Shown piece by piece: positions 1-11,694 of a stretch of 64,000 nt of DNA (position 1 is its first letter; each line of letters opens with the position of its first letter). The notes below the pieces were generated by a model, which made no database searches, was not told the DNA's origin, and saw nothing but the letters and a program-made list of their open reading frames with translations. The DNA is from an uncultured delta proteobacterium. Lineage in GTDB: Bacteria > Desulfobacterota > Binatia > UTPRO1. The position numbers and the translations under genes were made by a program. The DNA lies in NCBI GenBank assembly GCA_963797545.1, contig CAWCPU010000005.1, positions 254,108-318,107 on the forward strand. The letters are read 5' to 3'.

Positions 1-884
1 CCACCGGCTGCCTTGCTGCCGAGGACGCGCTGCAGAATGTCGCCGGCGTTCACGTCGCGCTCGGTGGTCCGCAGCGACACGTGGACCGAGCGCTGGAACG
101 TCCCGATGGCGCACGCCCACTCGACCTCGTCGAGGCGCAGGAGAAAGTCCGCGACCTCGGCGACCATGTCGGGATACTGCACCGCCGGCAGGATCGAGAT
201 CACCGCGCGGTCGTAGATCACCGCGCGCTCGATCGCGTCGCGGAACGCCTGGAAGTAGACGCGCGGCACCCGCGCATTCTCGATCTTCGCCAGCCGCCGC
301 TTGTTCGCGTACGGGTAGAGGAACTGCGCCGCCGCGATGTCGGCCGGCGTCGACTCGCGGCCGAGATCCTGGGTCTCGGCGGCGATGCCGTAGAAGAGCG
401 CCGTCGCGATCTTGCTCTCGATCTCGAGATGCGACTCGCGCACGTACTCCGTGAGGATCGTCGAGGTCGCGCCGTAGTCGTCGCGCAAGTCGAGGAAGCG
501 CACGTCGGCGTACGCATCGTACGCGGGATGGTGATCGATGACGACCGTCGGCACGCGCTCCGCCGGCAACGAGTTGTTCGGCCGTCCGGGCTGGGTGTCG
601 ACGAGCGCGATCTGCACGCCGTCGTGCAGCTCGACGCTCGCGACCGGCCGCAGATCGATGTTGAGGTAGGTCACCATGGCGCGGTTCTCCGCGCGCCCGA
701 CGATGCCGCCCTGGGCGATCACCGCCTCCTTCTTGAGGAGGCTCTTCACCAGGAACTTCAGCGCCGCCGCGCTCGCGAGCGCGTCGGGGTCCGGATTGTC
801 GTGTGGAAGAATGACCAGCGGCGCCGGACCCTCCAGCGCCTGGAGCAATCCGGCGAGCATCGTTTTGGGGGACGAACTCGCCAT
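1..884 (-). CDS. DHH family phosphoesterase (NrnA-like), 3' end runs off the window
   Basis: Manual translation from ATG at 884: MASSSPKT...ILPHDNPDPDALASA...LVDTQPG...VIDHHP...GATSTIL...SLRT; DxD and DHH motifs. Confidence 0.9.
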   Translation of the reverse strand, partial: MASSSPKTMLAGLLQALEGPAPLVILPHDNPDPDALASAAALKFLVKSLLKKEAVIAQGGIVGRAENRAMVTYLNIDLRPVASVELHDGVQIALVDTQPGRPNNSLPAERVPTVVIDHHPAYDAYADVRFLDLRDDYGATSTILTEYVRESHLEIESKIATALFYGIAAETQDLGRESTPADIAAAQFLYPYANKRRLAKIENARVPRVYFQAFRDAIERAVIYDRAVISILPAVQYPDMVAEVADFLLRLDEVEWACAIGTFQRSVHVSLRTTERDVNAGDILQRVLGSKAAG

Positions 885-1084
885 GAACCTCGCACGAACG
901 GTGCGAGCCGAACATTATAGGAACGCACCTGACCTTGTCCAAGCTCTATTCCGCGCCGATCGCCGAGCGCGCCGTGGCGCGAGCGCGCGCGGCGCGACGC
1001 GGGCGCGCGATCGCCGCACGGGCTCGCGGCGTCGGCCGCGCTGTGGTAGCAGCGAGCCATGGCGCGCGCGGCGCGAGTGCTTCG

Positions 1085-1936
1085 ATGAAGTCGGTGCGCG
1101 ACGGTTTTGCAGCCGCGGTCGCGACGGGAGACGACTGCGAGCTCGCGCCGGCGGCGCTCGAGATCGCGCGCGTCGCCTATCCCGATCTCGACGTCGGGCA
1201 CTATCTCGCCGAGCTCGACCGGCTGGCGGCGGCGGTGCGGCCGCGCCTCGCCGCCCTGCCGCGCGACCAGCACCCGATCGCCGCGGTGACGCGCTATCTC
1301 TTCGACGAGTGCGGATTCCACGGCAACAGCGAGGACTATTACGATCCGCGGAACAGCTACCTCAACGAGGTGCTGGAGCGGCGCACCGGCATCCCGATCT
1401 CGCTGTCGGTGATCTTGATCGAGACCAGCGCGCGGGTCGGCCTCGCGATCGAGGGCGTCGGCGTCCCGGGCCACTTTCTCGTGCGTGTGCCGAGCGGCGA
1501 GGGCTCGCTGCTGCTCGATCCCTTCTTCGGCGGACGCGTGATCGGCCACGACGAGGTGCTCGAGCGGCTGCGGACGTTCTATGCCGCCGGCGGCGGGCCC
1601 GCCGGCGGCAACCTGGTCCGCGAGCTGCCGCAGCTGCTGCAAGCGACGGCGCCGGTGGGCATCCTGGCGCGCATGCTCGCCAACCTGTTGCGGAGCTATC
1701 TCGAGCGCAACGACCACGAGCATGCGCTGGCGGCCGTCGACCTCGCGCTGGTGCTGAACCCCGAGTCGGCGGAGCACATGCGCGTCCGCGGGCTCCTCTA
1801 CGAGCAGCTCGACTGCGTCGCCGCCGCCGTCGACGACCTGCGGCGCTACCTCGATCTCGCGCCCCACGGCGCGCACAGCGTCGAGGTCCGCGAGCACCTC
1901 GCGCGGCTCGAGCGGGTCGCCGTCACGCTACACTGA
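1085..1936 (+). CDS. SirB1/transglutaminase-like core protein with C-terminal TPR
   Basis: GFHGNSEDYYDPRNSYLNEVLERRTGIPISLS, GVGVPGHFLVR, LDPF, RMLANL, RVRGLLYEQL. Confidence 0.9.
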   Translation: MKSVRDGFAAAVATGDDCELAPAALEIARVAYPDLDVGHYLAELDRLAAAVRPRLAALPRDQHPIAAVTRYLFDECGFHGNSEDYYDPRNSYLNEVLERRTGIPISLSVILIETSARVGLAIEGVGVPGHFLVRVPSGEGSLLLDPFFGGRVIGHDEVLERLRTFYAAGGGPAGGNLVRELPQLLQATAPVGILARMLANLLRSYLERNDHEHALAAVDLALVLNPESAEHMRVRGLLYEQLDCVAAAVDDLRRYLDLAPHGAHSVEVREHLARLERVAVTLH

Positions 1937-1940
1937 TGCC

Positions 1941-3380
1941 ATGATCGCGCCGCGCGGCTTTCGCAACCGGGCCGCGGCGGCGGCGGCGGACACCGAGCTG
2001 CACCGCAAGCTCGACGCCGCCTCGTTTCGCTTCCTCGCGAAACGCGCCGAGGTCTTCGCCGGGCTCGCCGACGGCGAGGCGCGCCGCGACCGCGCGCGCG
2101 CCGTCAAGGCGCAGGCGATCGCCTCGCTGCCGGCGCTGCTCGCCGAGCTCGAGTCGCGGTTCGTCGCCAACGGCGGCGTCGTCCACTGGGCGGCGGACGC
2201 CGAGGAAGCATGCACGGCCGTGCTGGCGATCGCGGCGCGCGCGGGCGTCCGGCTCGTCGTCAAGGGCAAGTCGATGGTCTCGGAGGAGATCGGCGTCAAT
2301 CGCCGCCTCGAGGCCGCCGGCATCGAGACCGTCGAGACCGACCTCGGCGAGTACATCGTGCAGCTCGCCGGCGAGCCGCCGTCGCACATCATCACCCCGG
2401 CGATTCACAAGTCGCAGGACGACATCGCGGCGCTCTTCACGGCGCGCCTCGGTGTCCCGCACGAACGGACGGCAGAGGCACTGACCGCGCACGCGCGCCG
2501 CGTGCTGCGCGAGAAGTTCCTCGCCGCCGGGATGGGGATCACCGGCGTCAACTTCGCGGTCGCCGAAAGCGGCACGCTGTGCGTCGTCGAGAACGAGGGC
2601 AACGGCCGCCTCGCCCTCACGATGCCGCGCGTCCACGTCGCGCTCATGGGCATCGAGAAGGTGATCGCGCGCGACGAGGACCTCGCGCCGATGCTCGAGC
2701 TGCTGCCGCGGAGCGCGACCGGACAGACGCTCACGAGCTACGTCTCGCTGGTACGCGGGCCGCGCGCCGCCGGAGAGCTCGACGGGCCCGACGAGGTCCA
2801 CCTGGTGATCGTCGACAACGGCCGCTCGCGGGTGCTCGCCGATCCCGGTCTGCGCGAGGCGCTCTACTGTCTGCGGTGCGGCGCCTGCCTGAACGCCTGT
2901 CCCGTGTATCGCCGCGTCGGCGGGCACGCGTACGGCCACGCGTACTCCGGCCCGATCGGCGCCGTGCTGGCGCCGGCGATGCTCGGCGTCGAGGCCGCGC
3001 CCGACGTGCCGTTCGCGTCGACGCTCTGTGGAGCGTGCCGCGACGTCTGCCCGGTCCGCATCGACATTCCGGCGCTGCTGCTTCGGCTGCGCGCGCGCGT
3101 CGTCCGCGAGCTGCGGCCGTCGGCCGGCGAGCGGCGGCTCGTCGGCGCCTGGGGACGGGTCGCGGCCTCCAGCCGCCTCTACGCGCTCACGGCCCGGCTC
3201 GCGCGCGCCGGCGCGGCCGTGCTCGCACGCGTCCCGCGCCTGGTCGCGATCGCACCGCCGCTCGCCGCATGGTCGCGGGCGCGGATGCTGCCGCGCCCGG
3301 CGTCGCGCTCGTTTCACGACCGCTGGCGCGCTCGCGCCGCGTCGCCGCACGTCACCACGCGGCGATCGGAGGACTCGTGA
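1941..3380 (+). CDS. lutB: Lactate utilization protein B (LutB/LldF, Fe-S)
   Basis: KGKSMVSEEIG, ETDLGEYIVQL, PSHIITPAIH, ENEGN, CLRCGACLNACPVY, STLCGACRDVCPVRID. Confidence 0.93.
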   Translation: MIAPRGFRNRAAAAAADTELHRKLDAASFRFLAKRAEVFAGLADGEARRDRARAVKAQAIASLPALLAELESRFVANGGVVHWAADAEEACTAVLAIAARAGVRLVVKGKSMVSEEIGVNRRLEAAGIETVETDLGEYIVQLAGEPPSHIITPAIHKSQDDIAALFTARLGVPHERTAEALTAHARRVLREKFLAAGMGITGVNFAVAESGTLCVVENEGNGRLALTMPRVHVALMGIEKVIARDEDLAPMLELLPRSATGQTLTSYVSLVRGPRAAGELDGPDEVHLVIVDNGRSRVLADPGLREALYCLRCGACLNACPVYRRVGGHAYGHAYSGPIGAVLAPAMLGVEAAPDVPFASTLCGACRDVCPVRIDIPALLLRLRARVVRELRPSAGERRLVGAWGRVAASSRLYALTARLARAGAAVLARVPRLVAIAPPLAAWSRARMLPRPASRSFHDRWRARAASPHVTTRRSEDS

Positions 3381-4081
3381 CCCGCGACGAGATGCTCGCC
3401 CGCGTGCGGCGCGCGCTCGGCGACACCGCCGTCCCCGCGCTCGCGCCGCTCGCGGTCGGTCGGCCGGGGAGGCGCGCGGCGGCGGGACCGGACGTCGACG
3501 ACACGCCGACCCTGCTGGCACGCTTCGCGGACGAGGCGCGCGCCGTCGGCGCCGTGGTCCATGCCGCGCCGACGCCGGCGGCCGCCGGCGAGCTGCTGGC
3601 GGCGCTCGCCGCCGCGGTCGCGACACGTCCGCACGCCGTCGCGTGGCGCTCGCCGATCGTGACCGAGGTGGTCGCGATCGCGCGGCGACTGCGTCCGGAT
3701 CTCGCGATCGTCGACCCCGCCGACGGCGACGTCCGCGCGGCGGAGATCGGGGTCACCGAGGCCGACGCGCTCGTCGCCGCGAGCGGCACGCTGGTCCTCG
3801 GGTCGGCGCTCCACCGCCATCGCGGCACCTCGCTGCTGCCGCGCGTTCACGTCGCGCTCGCGCCGGTCGAGCGCGTCGTCGCCGACCTCGCCGCCGCGTT
3901 CCGGCGCCTCGCCGACCGCGACGCCGTCGGCTCGTGCCTGACGTTGATCACCGGCCCGAGTCGTACCGCCGACATCGAGAAGAAGCTCGTGCTCGGCGTG
4001 CACGGTCCGTGCGAGCTCCACGTCGTCCTGCTCGGGACGCCGGCCGTGACGTCGCGGCCGGCCGGCGCCGCCGCACCCTGA
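3377..4081 (+). CDS. lutC: LutC/LUD domain protein
   Basis: GTG start overlaps lutB stop; TRDEMLARVRRALG, SLLPRVHV, ITGPSRTADIEKKLVLGVHGP. Confidence 0.88.
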   Translation: MTRDEMLARVRRALGDTAVPALAPLAVGRPGRRAAAGPDVDDTPTLLARFADEARAVGAVVHAAPTPAAAGELLAALAAAVATRPHAVAWRSPIVTEVVAIARRLRPDLAIVDPADGDVRAAEIGVTEADALVAASGTLVLGSALHRHRGTSLLPRVHVALAPVERVVADLAAAFRRLADRDAVGSCLTLITGPSRTADIEKKLVLGVHGPCELHVVLLGTPAVTSRPAGAAAP

Positions 4082-4085
4082 GCCG

Positions 4086-4823
4086 ATGCGCGTTCAGCTC
4101 ATGGTCACCTGCCTCGCCGACCAGCTCGCGCCGCGAGTCGGCGAGGCGACCGTCCGCATCCTCGAGCGTCTCGGTCACGACGTGATCTTTCCGGAGGCCC
4201 AGACGTGCTGCGGGCAGCCCCCCTTCAACGACGGCTTCCACGACGACGCGACGCGCGCTCGCGGCGCGCACCGTCGAGATCTTCGCCGCCCCGTTTCCCG
4301 TCGTCGTGCCCTCGGGCTCGTGCGCGACGATGGTGCGTCGTTTCTACCCCGAGCTCCTCGACGGCGCCGCGCACGAACGGCGGCGCGCGCGCTCGCGGCG
4401 CGCACCTACGAGCTCTCCGAGTTTCTCGTGCGCGTCCTCGGCGTCGCCGACGTCGGCGCGACGTTCGCCGGCCGGGTCGACCTACCACGACTCGTGTCAC
4501 CTGCTCCGCGAGCTCGGCATCCGCGACGAGCCGCGCCGGCTGCTGGCGCACGTCGCGCGGTCTCGAGCTCGTCGAGCTACCGCAGGCGGATCAGTGCTGC
4601 GGCTTCGGCGGCGCGTTCGCGGTCAAGTTTCCGGAGATCTCGGCCGCCATCATGGCGGCGAAGATCGCCGCGATCGAGAGCACCGGCGCCGACGCCGTCG
4701 TCGCCAACGACTGGGGTTGCCTGATGCACGTCGGCGGCGGTCTCCGCGGCCGCGGCGTCGAACGTGCGCGCGCTGCACCTCGCCGAGATCCTCGACCCGC
4801 AACGGCCGGCCGACGAGCCGTAG
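4086..4823 (+). CDS. lutA: LutA/CCG-domain Fe-S oxidoreductase (frameshifted)
   Basis: Fragments in three frames: VTCLAD...QTCCGQPPFN, PSGSCATM, YHDSCHLLRELGI, CCGFGGAFAVK, DWGCLMHV; end approximate. Confidence 0.85.
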
Positions 4824-5089
4824 TACGGAGGTGCTCGGCGCGTACGGTCCCGCGGCTCGACGATCCGAGCCTCGCCCTCGCACGTCGGCCGAGCGGCGGA
4901 TCGCCGCAGGATCGCGACGACAGTCGCCTTTGCCGCTCACGTCGCGTCTGGTACCGTTGATGCTTCACCGCGGAGGCCGGAGCACGCGGCGACACGCGCG
5001 CTCGTTTCCGCCGAGCGGGCGCGGCGCCGCGTGCTCCGGCCGCGCCGCGGCGTGACGGCGACCGGATCACACGACGCACGGAAGGATCG

Positions 5090-6543
<1,454 letters not shown>

Positions 6544-6612
6544 GGCGCCGGCGATGAGCGCAGCCGCGGACGCCTGCGGCGCGGACGAGCGCGCTGCCGC
6601 CGAGCGTCCGCG

Positions 6613-7976
6613 ATGAGCGCCACCGCTCGCACGACGAGATCGCCGACGTGCTGGCGACGCTCGAGGACGCGACGGCGCCGGCGCGACGGCGGCCGACGTC
6701 GTCTCGTGCAGAGCGTCGCCTTCGCCGCCGGCGTGCGCCTCGGCGAGGTCGAGAAGCTGCAGCGCGCGCGCGCGAAGCACCTCGGCCTGCGCGTCTTCGT
6801 CGGCGAGCGCAGCGCCGTCGCCGTCACCGCCGACTTCTCGGCGCGCCTCGCTCGCGCGCTTCGCCGCCGACGCGGTCGCGCTGGCGCGCGTCACCGCAGC
6901 CCGATCCGTTCAGCGGCCTGCCGGACGCGCGGCGAGCTCGCGACCGAGGTGCCCGACCTCGACCTCTACGACGCCGCGGCCGAGACGCCGGCGCCGAGCG
7001 ACGGCCTCGCGTGGGCAAGGCCGCCGAGGCCGCGGCGCTCGCCAGCGACCCGCGCATCACCAACTCCGAGGGCGCCGAGTTCGCGCAGGAGCGCCTCGAC
7101 GATCGCCTACGCGTCGACGCACGGCTTCCACGGCGGCGTACCGCAGCTCGAGCTTCTCTCTCGGCGTCCGCCGTCGCGTCCGACCGACGGCGCCATGCAG
7201 CGCGACTACTGGTACTCGCGCAGCGCCATCTCGCCGCGCTCGAGCCGCCGGCCGACGTCGGCGCGCGCGCGGCGGCGCGCGCGCTGCGGCGCCTCGGCGC
7301 GCGCCAGGTGCCGACGCAGGAGGTGCCGGTGGTCTTCGACCCCGAGATCGCCGCGACCTGCTGCGGCCACCTCGCCGGTGCGGTCTCCGGGCGAGCCTCT
7401 ACCGCGGCACCTCGTTCCTGCTCGGCAAGCTCGGCGAGACGATCGCCTCGCGCCACGTGACCGTGATCGACGACGGCACGCTTGGCCGGCGGCCTCGGCT
7501 CGAAGCCGTTCGACGGCGAAGGGCTGCCGACCCGCCGCACCGTCGTCGTCGAGGCCGGCGTGCTGACGAGCTACCTGTTCGACACCTACTCGGCGCGCAA
7601 GCTGCAGCTGCCGCTCGACCGGCAACGCCGCGCGCTCCGTCGGCGACTCGCCCGCCGCGGCGCCCGACGAACTTCTTCCTCGCCGCCGGCGACATCGCGC
7701 CGGAGGAGATCATCGCGCTCGGTCGCTCGCGGCCTCTACGTCACCGAGCTGATCGGCTTCGGCGTCAACCCGGTCACCGGCGACTACTCGCGCGGCGCCG
7801 CCGGCCTCTGGATCGAGCACGGCGAGCTCGCCTACCCGGTCGAGGAGATCACCATCGCCGGCAACCTGCTCGAAGATGTTCCGCGACATCGAGGTGGTCG
7901 GCAACGATCTGGTCTTCCGCCGCGCATCGCGGCGCCGACGATCAAGATCGGCCGCATGATGATCGCCGGGACGTGA
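6613..7976 (+). CDS. pmbA: TldE/PmbA family protein (frameshifted)
   Basis: VRLGEVEKL, MQRDYWY, SKPFDGEGL, GVNPVTGDYSRGAAGLWIEHGELAYPVEEITIAGNL; follows tldD; start approximate. Confidence 0.88.
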
Positions 7977-7992
7977 GGACCGGCGCCGCGCC

Positions 7993-9166
7993 ATGATCGC
8001 TCCCGCGCCCGAAGCGGCGCCGAGCGGGCCGCCGCATCGGCCGCCGGCGGTGACCCGGCCGCGCTGGGGCCGCCAGCTCGCGGTCGCGCGCAGTCAGCTC
8101 GTCGTCTTCTTCTTTTTCGCGGTGTTCAGCTTCCTGCTGTACCAGCTCTACCGGGTGTTCTCGGGGTTTCTCGGTCCGATCGCGTGGGCGGCGATCCTGG
8201 CGCTGGTGTTCTATCCGCTGTACCTGGTCGTGCTGCGGCGCTGGCGCGGCCGGAGCACCCCGGCGGCGCTCGCGCTCACGGTCCTGGTGACGGCGTGCGT
8301 GATCGTGCCGACGGTCCTCGCTGTCGAGCGTCGTCACGTCGCAGTCGGTCGGGTTCTACAAGCAGCTCAGCGACTACGTCTCCTCGGGCAAGCTCGACCA
8401 GGCGGTGCAAAGCATGCGGGTCTCGCGGGTCGGCAGCCTGGTGCAGCGCTTGAACCGTCAAGGCTGGGAGATCGACGTCGGCGAGATCGTCCGCAGGAGC
8501 GCCGAGCGCGTCAGCAACTTCGCGGTCACGCAGATGACCGCCGTCGCCCGCAACATCGCGACCTTCATCCTCGACTTCACCATCATGGTGTTCACGTTGT
8601 TCTTCTTCTTCCGCGACGGCGACCGCATGTATCGCAGCCTGCGCGACGTGATCCCGATGGATCCCGAGCACAAGGACGCGATCTTCTATCGGCTGTACGA
8701 GACGCTCTCGGCGGTGATGCGCGGCATGGTCGTGACCGCGGTCTTCCAGGGCATCATCACCTGGATCGGCCTCGTCCTGGTGAGCATGCCGTTCGCGGCG
8801 TTCCTCGGAGTCCTCGCGGGCTTGCTGTCGCTGGTGCCGATCGCCGGACCGCCGGCGGTCTGGATTCCGTGCGCGATCTACCTGTGGCTCGCCGGCGCGT
8901 CGATGCGCGCGCTGATCCTGGTGCTCTACGGCTCGGTGATCATCGGTCTCGCCGACAACGTCCTGCGACCGGTCCTGATCGGCGGCCGCACCCACCTGCC
9001 GACGATCTTTCTCTTCTTCGGCATCCTCGGCGGCGTCGAGGCGTACGGCTTCCTCGGGATCTTCCTCGGCCCGATGCTGCTCGCGGCGGTGATCGCGTTC
9101 GTGCAGATCTACAAGGAGGAGTACGCGCCCGCCGAGCCGGCGCCGGTTTCGCCGCCGGTCCCCTGA
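7993..9166 (+). CDS. AI-2E family transporter (frameshift near 8330)
   Basis: PIAWAAILALVFYP, FFFFRDG, GLADNVLRPVLIG, GILGGVEAYGFLGIFLGP. Confidence 0.88.
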
Positions 9167-9253
9167 TCGGACGCGGTGGAGGGCCGGCAGCGCCGCGCGG
9201 GCGAGCGCCTGCGCCTTCGGGTCAGCCGCGCCGGATCGCGCGGCCGGCGGGTC

Positions 9254-9874
9254 TCAGCGCCAGGACTCGAGGCCGGCGAGGTCGTGGATGCTGGCGCGCT
9301 GGTTCAAGCGCTGAATCCACGCGGCGACGTTCCGCCACTCGGGGTCGAGCTGGATGCCCAGGGCGGGCAGGATCACCGCCCGCGGCGCGTACGCGACGTC
9401 GGCGAGCGAGAAGTTGCCGACCAGCCACGAGCGGCCCCCGAGCGAGCCGTCGATCACCGCCAGCATCTGCATGACCTGCTGGCGCGCGGTCTGCAGACGT
9501 TGCGCGTCGCGCTCGCCTTCCGGCTTTCGCAGCTCGTGCATGATCTGCCCGGTCACGAGCAGGAATGCGTTGTCGGCATAATCCTCGAGGGTGCGCGCGC
9601 GGGCACGCGCGGCCGAATCCGTCGGCATCAGCTGCGGGTGCGGATATTCGTCCTCGAGATACTCGTTGATGATCGTCGAGTCGTAGACCAGGACCTCGTC
9701 GTCGATCAGCACCGGCACCCTGCCGAATGGGTTCAGCTTCAAGAACTCCGGCCGCTTCTGCTCACCGGCGCCGAGATCGACCGGGATGGTCTCGAAGGAC
9801 AGGTCTTTCTCGGCCAGCACGATGCGTGTCTTCTGACAGAACGGGCATTCCGGAGAATCGTACAGCTTCAGCAT
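9254..9874 (-). CDS. Glutathione S-transferase family protein
   Basis: CPFCQKTRIVLAEK, FLKLNPFGRVPVL, DSTIINEYLED, FSLADVA. Confidence 0.92.
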   Translation of the reverse strand: MLKLYDSPECPFCQKTRIVLAEKDLSFETIPVDLGAGEQKRPEFLKLNPFGRVPVLIDDEVLVYDSTIINEYLEDEYPHPQLMPTDSAARARARTLEDYADNAFLLVTGQIMHELRKPEGERDAQRLQTARQQVMQMLAVIDGSLGGRSWLVGNFSLADVAYAPRAVILPALGIQLDPEWRNVAAWIQRLNQRASIHDLAGLESWR

Positions 9875-9958
9875 CGCTCACCTCTCCCAACACCGGCAGT
9901 GGCTCGACCCCCAACCATCAGCACGCGACCTCACCGACGCGCTGCTCGGAAACGTTGC

Positions 9959-9989
9959 ACACTAGAGTAATTGCCCAGGTCGCGCAATT
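9959..9989 (-). promoter_or_regulatory. Putative sigma70 promoter of GST gene with overlapping dyad
   Basis: Minus strand TTGCGC-N17-TAGTGT in an AT-rich patch; AATTGC-N9-GCAATT at 9969-9989. Confidence 0.45.
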
Positions 9990-10111
9990 CGGGCGCGACG
10001 AATTTCTTAACTTTTTTCGCAGCGTCGATTGAGTGTGGCGCCGCGTTTCCGCGTATCGTGGGGAGGCTGAGCTTCGGCCGGCGTCATTCGGCGCGCGCCG
10101 GTGCGCGCCAA

Positions 10112-10969
10112 TCACGCGGGGTGATGGCGCCAGGCGTGGTACGAGCTCCGGACCAACGGCCCGGATTCGACGTACGCAAAGCCCATGGCACGTGCGTCGG
10201 CGCCGAGCTCGGCGAACTCCTCCGGCGCGAGATAGCGCGCAACTGGCAACTGCTCGACGCTCGGCCGGAGATACTGCCCGAGGGTCAGGATGTCGCAGCC
10301 TGCGCGTCGCAGATCCCGGAGCACCGCACGCAGCTCGTCCGCCTCCTCGCCGAGCCCGAGCATGAGCCCCGTCTTGGTCGGCAACGAGGGCCGCAGGCGT
10401 TTCGCCCGCGCCAGCAGATCGACGCTGCGCTCGTAGCTCGCCCCGGGCCGCGCCTGCTTGTAGAGACGCGGCACGGTCTCGGTGTTGTGATTGAGCACGC
10501 CGATCGGCGACCGCACCACCGCCGCCAGCGCCTCGGCGGCGCCCTGAAAGTCGGGGATCAGCACCTCGACGGTGCAGCCCGGGACACGGGCACGGATCTG
10601 GCGCGCGGTCTCGGCGAAGTGGCCGGCGCCGCCGTCGGCGAGATCGTCGCGGTTCACCGACGTCACCACCACGTGGCGCAGTCCGAGGCGGGCGACCGCA
10701 TCGGCGACCCGGCGCGGCTCCTCGGCGTCGACGGCGAGCGGCCGCCCGTGGGCGACCGCACAGAAGCGGCAGTTCCGCGTGCAGGTGTCGCCGAGCAGCA
10801 TGAACGTCGCGGTGCGATGCGCCCAGCACTCGCCGACGTTCGGGCACCGCGCCTCCTCGCAGACCGTGTGCAGGCGAAGATCGCGGACGATCGCCCGCGT
10901 CGTCTCGACCGCAGGGCCGGTCGGCGCGCGGACGCGAATCCACTCGGGATGGCGCCGCGCGACGCTCAC
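10112..10969 (-). CDS. lipA: Lipoyl synthase
   Basis: LHTVCEEARCPNVGECW, CTRNCRFC, NHNTETVPRL, SGPLVRSSYHA; GTG start overlaps lipB stop. Confidence 0.96.
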   Translation of the reverse strand: MSVARRHPEWIRVRAPTGPAVETTRAIVRDLRLHTVCEEARCPNVGECWAHRTATFMLLGDTCTRNCRFCAVAHGRPLAVDAEEPRRVADAVARLGLRHVVVTSVNRDDLADGGAGHFAETARQIRARVPGCTVEVLIPDFQGAAEALAAVVRSPIGVLNHNTETVPRLYKQARPGASYERSVDLLARAKRLRPSLPTKTGLMLGLGEEADELRAVLRDLRRAGCDILTLGQYLRPSVEQLPVARYLAPEEFAELGADARAMGFAYVESGPLVRSSYHAWRHHPA

Positions 10970-11694
10970 GGGCGAGCGTCCTCCGCGTGCGACGCGTCGA
11001 GAGAGGCGGCCTCGCGCGCGGCGCCGAGCAGGTCGGCGGCGGCTCGCACCCGCCCGTATCGCAGCTCGCTGGCGAACGCCTCGACGACGCGGTCCTCGAC
11101 TTCGGCGATCGCGGGCGCGCCGCCGGTCAGCTCCTCGAGCGACGTGACGCCGGTCCCGGCGAGCCCGCAAGGCACGATCGCCGCGAACGCGCCGCGCAGA
11201 TCGCGGACGTTGAGCGCGAAGCCGTGCATGGTCACCCAGCGGCGGATGCCGACGCCGATCGCGGCGAGCTTGTCGTTGCCGACCCACACACCCGTGAAGC
11301 CCGGGCGTCGCGTCGCGGCGACGCCGTACGCCGCGGCGACCGCGATCACCGTCGCCTCCAGCGCCCGCAGGTAGCGGTGGACGTCGCAGTCGATGCGCGC
11401 GAGATCGACGATCGGGTAGCCGACGAGCTGCCCCGGGCCGTGGTAGGTGACGTCGCCGCCCCGGTTCACGCGCACGACCGGCGCCGCCGCCGCGAGCACG
11501 TGCCGCTCGTCGCCGCCGCGCCCGAGCGTGATGACGGGCGTGTGCTCGACCAGGATCAAGCGGTCGACCGCGCCGGCGAGCACCGCCGATTGGCAGCGCC
11601 GCTGGTAGGCGAGCACGGCGCCGTACTCGCGGCGGCCGAGACGCGCGACCGCGAGCGTCCGCACCCGGTGCACGCGATCGCCGGCGGCCGTCAT
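10966..11694 (-). CDS. lipB: Octanoyltransferase LipB
   Basis: EHTPVITLGR, RGGDVTYHGPGQLVGYPI, KLAAIG, HGFALNV, IVPCG. Confidence 0.95.
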   Translation of the reverse strand: MTAAGDRVHRVRTLAVARLGRREYGAVLAYQRRCQSAVLAGAVDRLILVEHTPVITLGRGGDERHVLAAAAPVVRVNRGGDVTYHGPGQLVGYPIVDLARIDCDVHRYLRALEATVIAVAAAYGVAATRRPGFTGVWVGNDKLAAIGVGIRRWVTMHGFALNVRDLRGAFAAIVPCGLAGTGVTSLEELTGGAPAIAEVEDRVVEAFASELRYGRVRAAADLLGAAREAASLDASHAEDARP

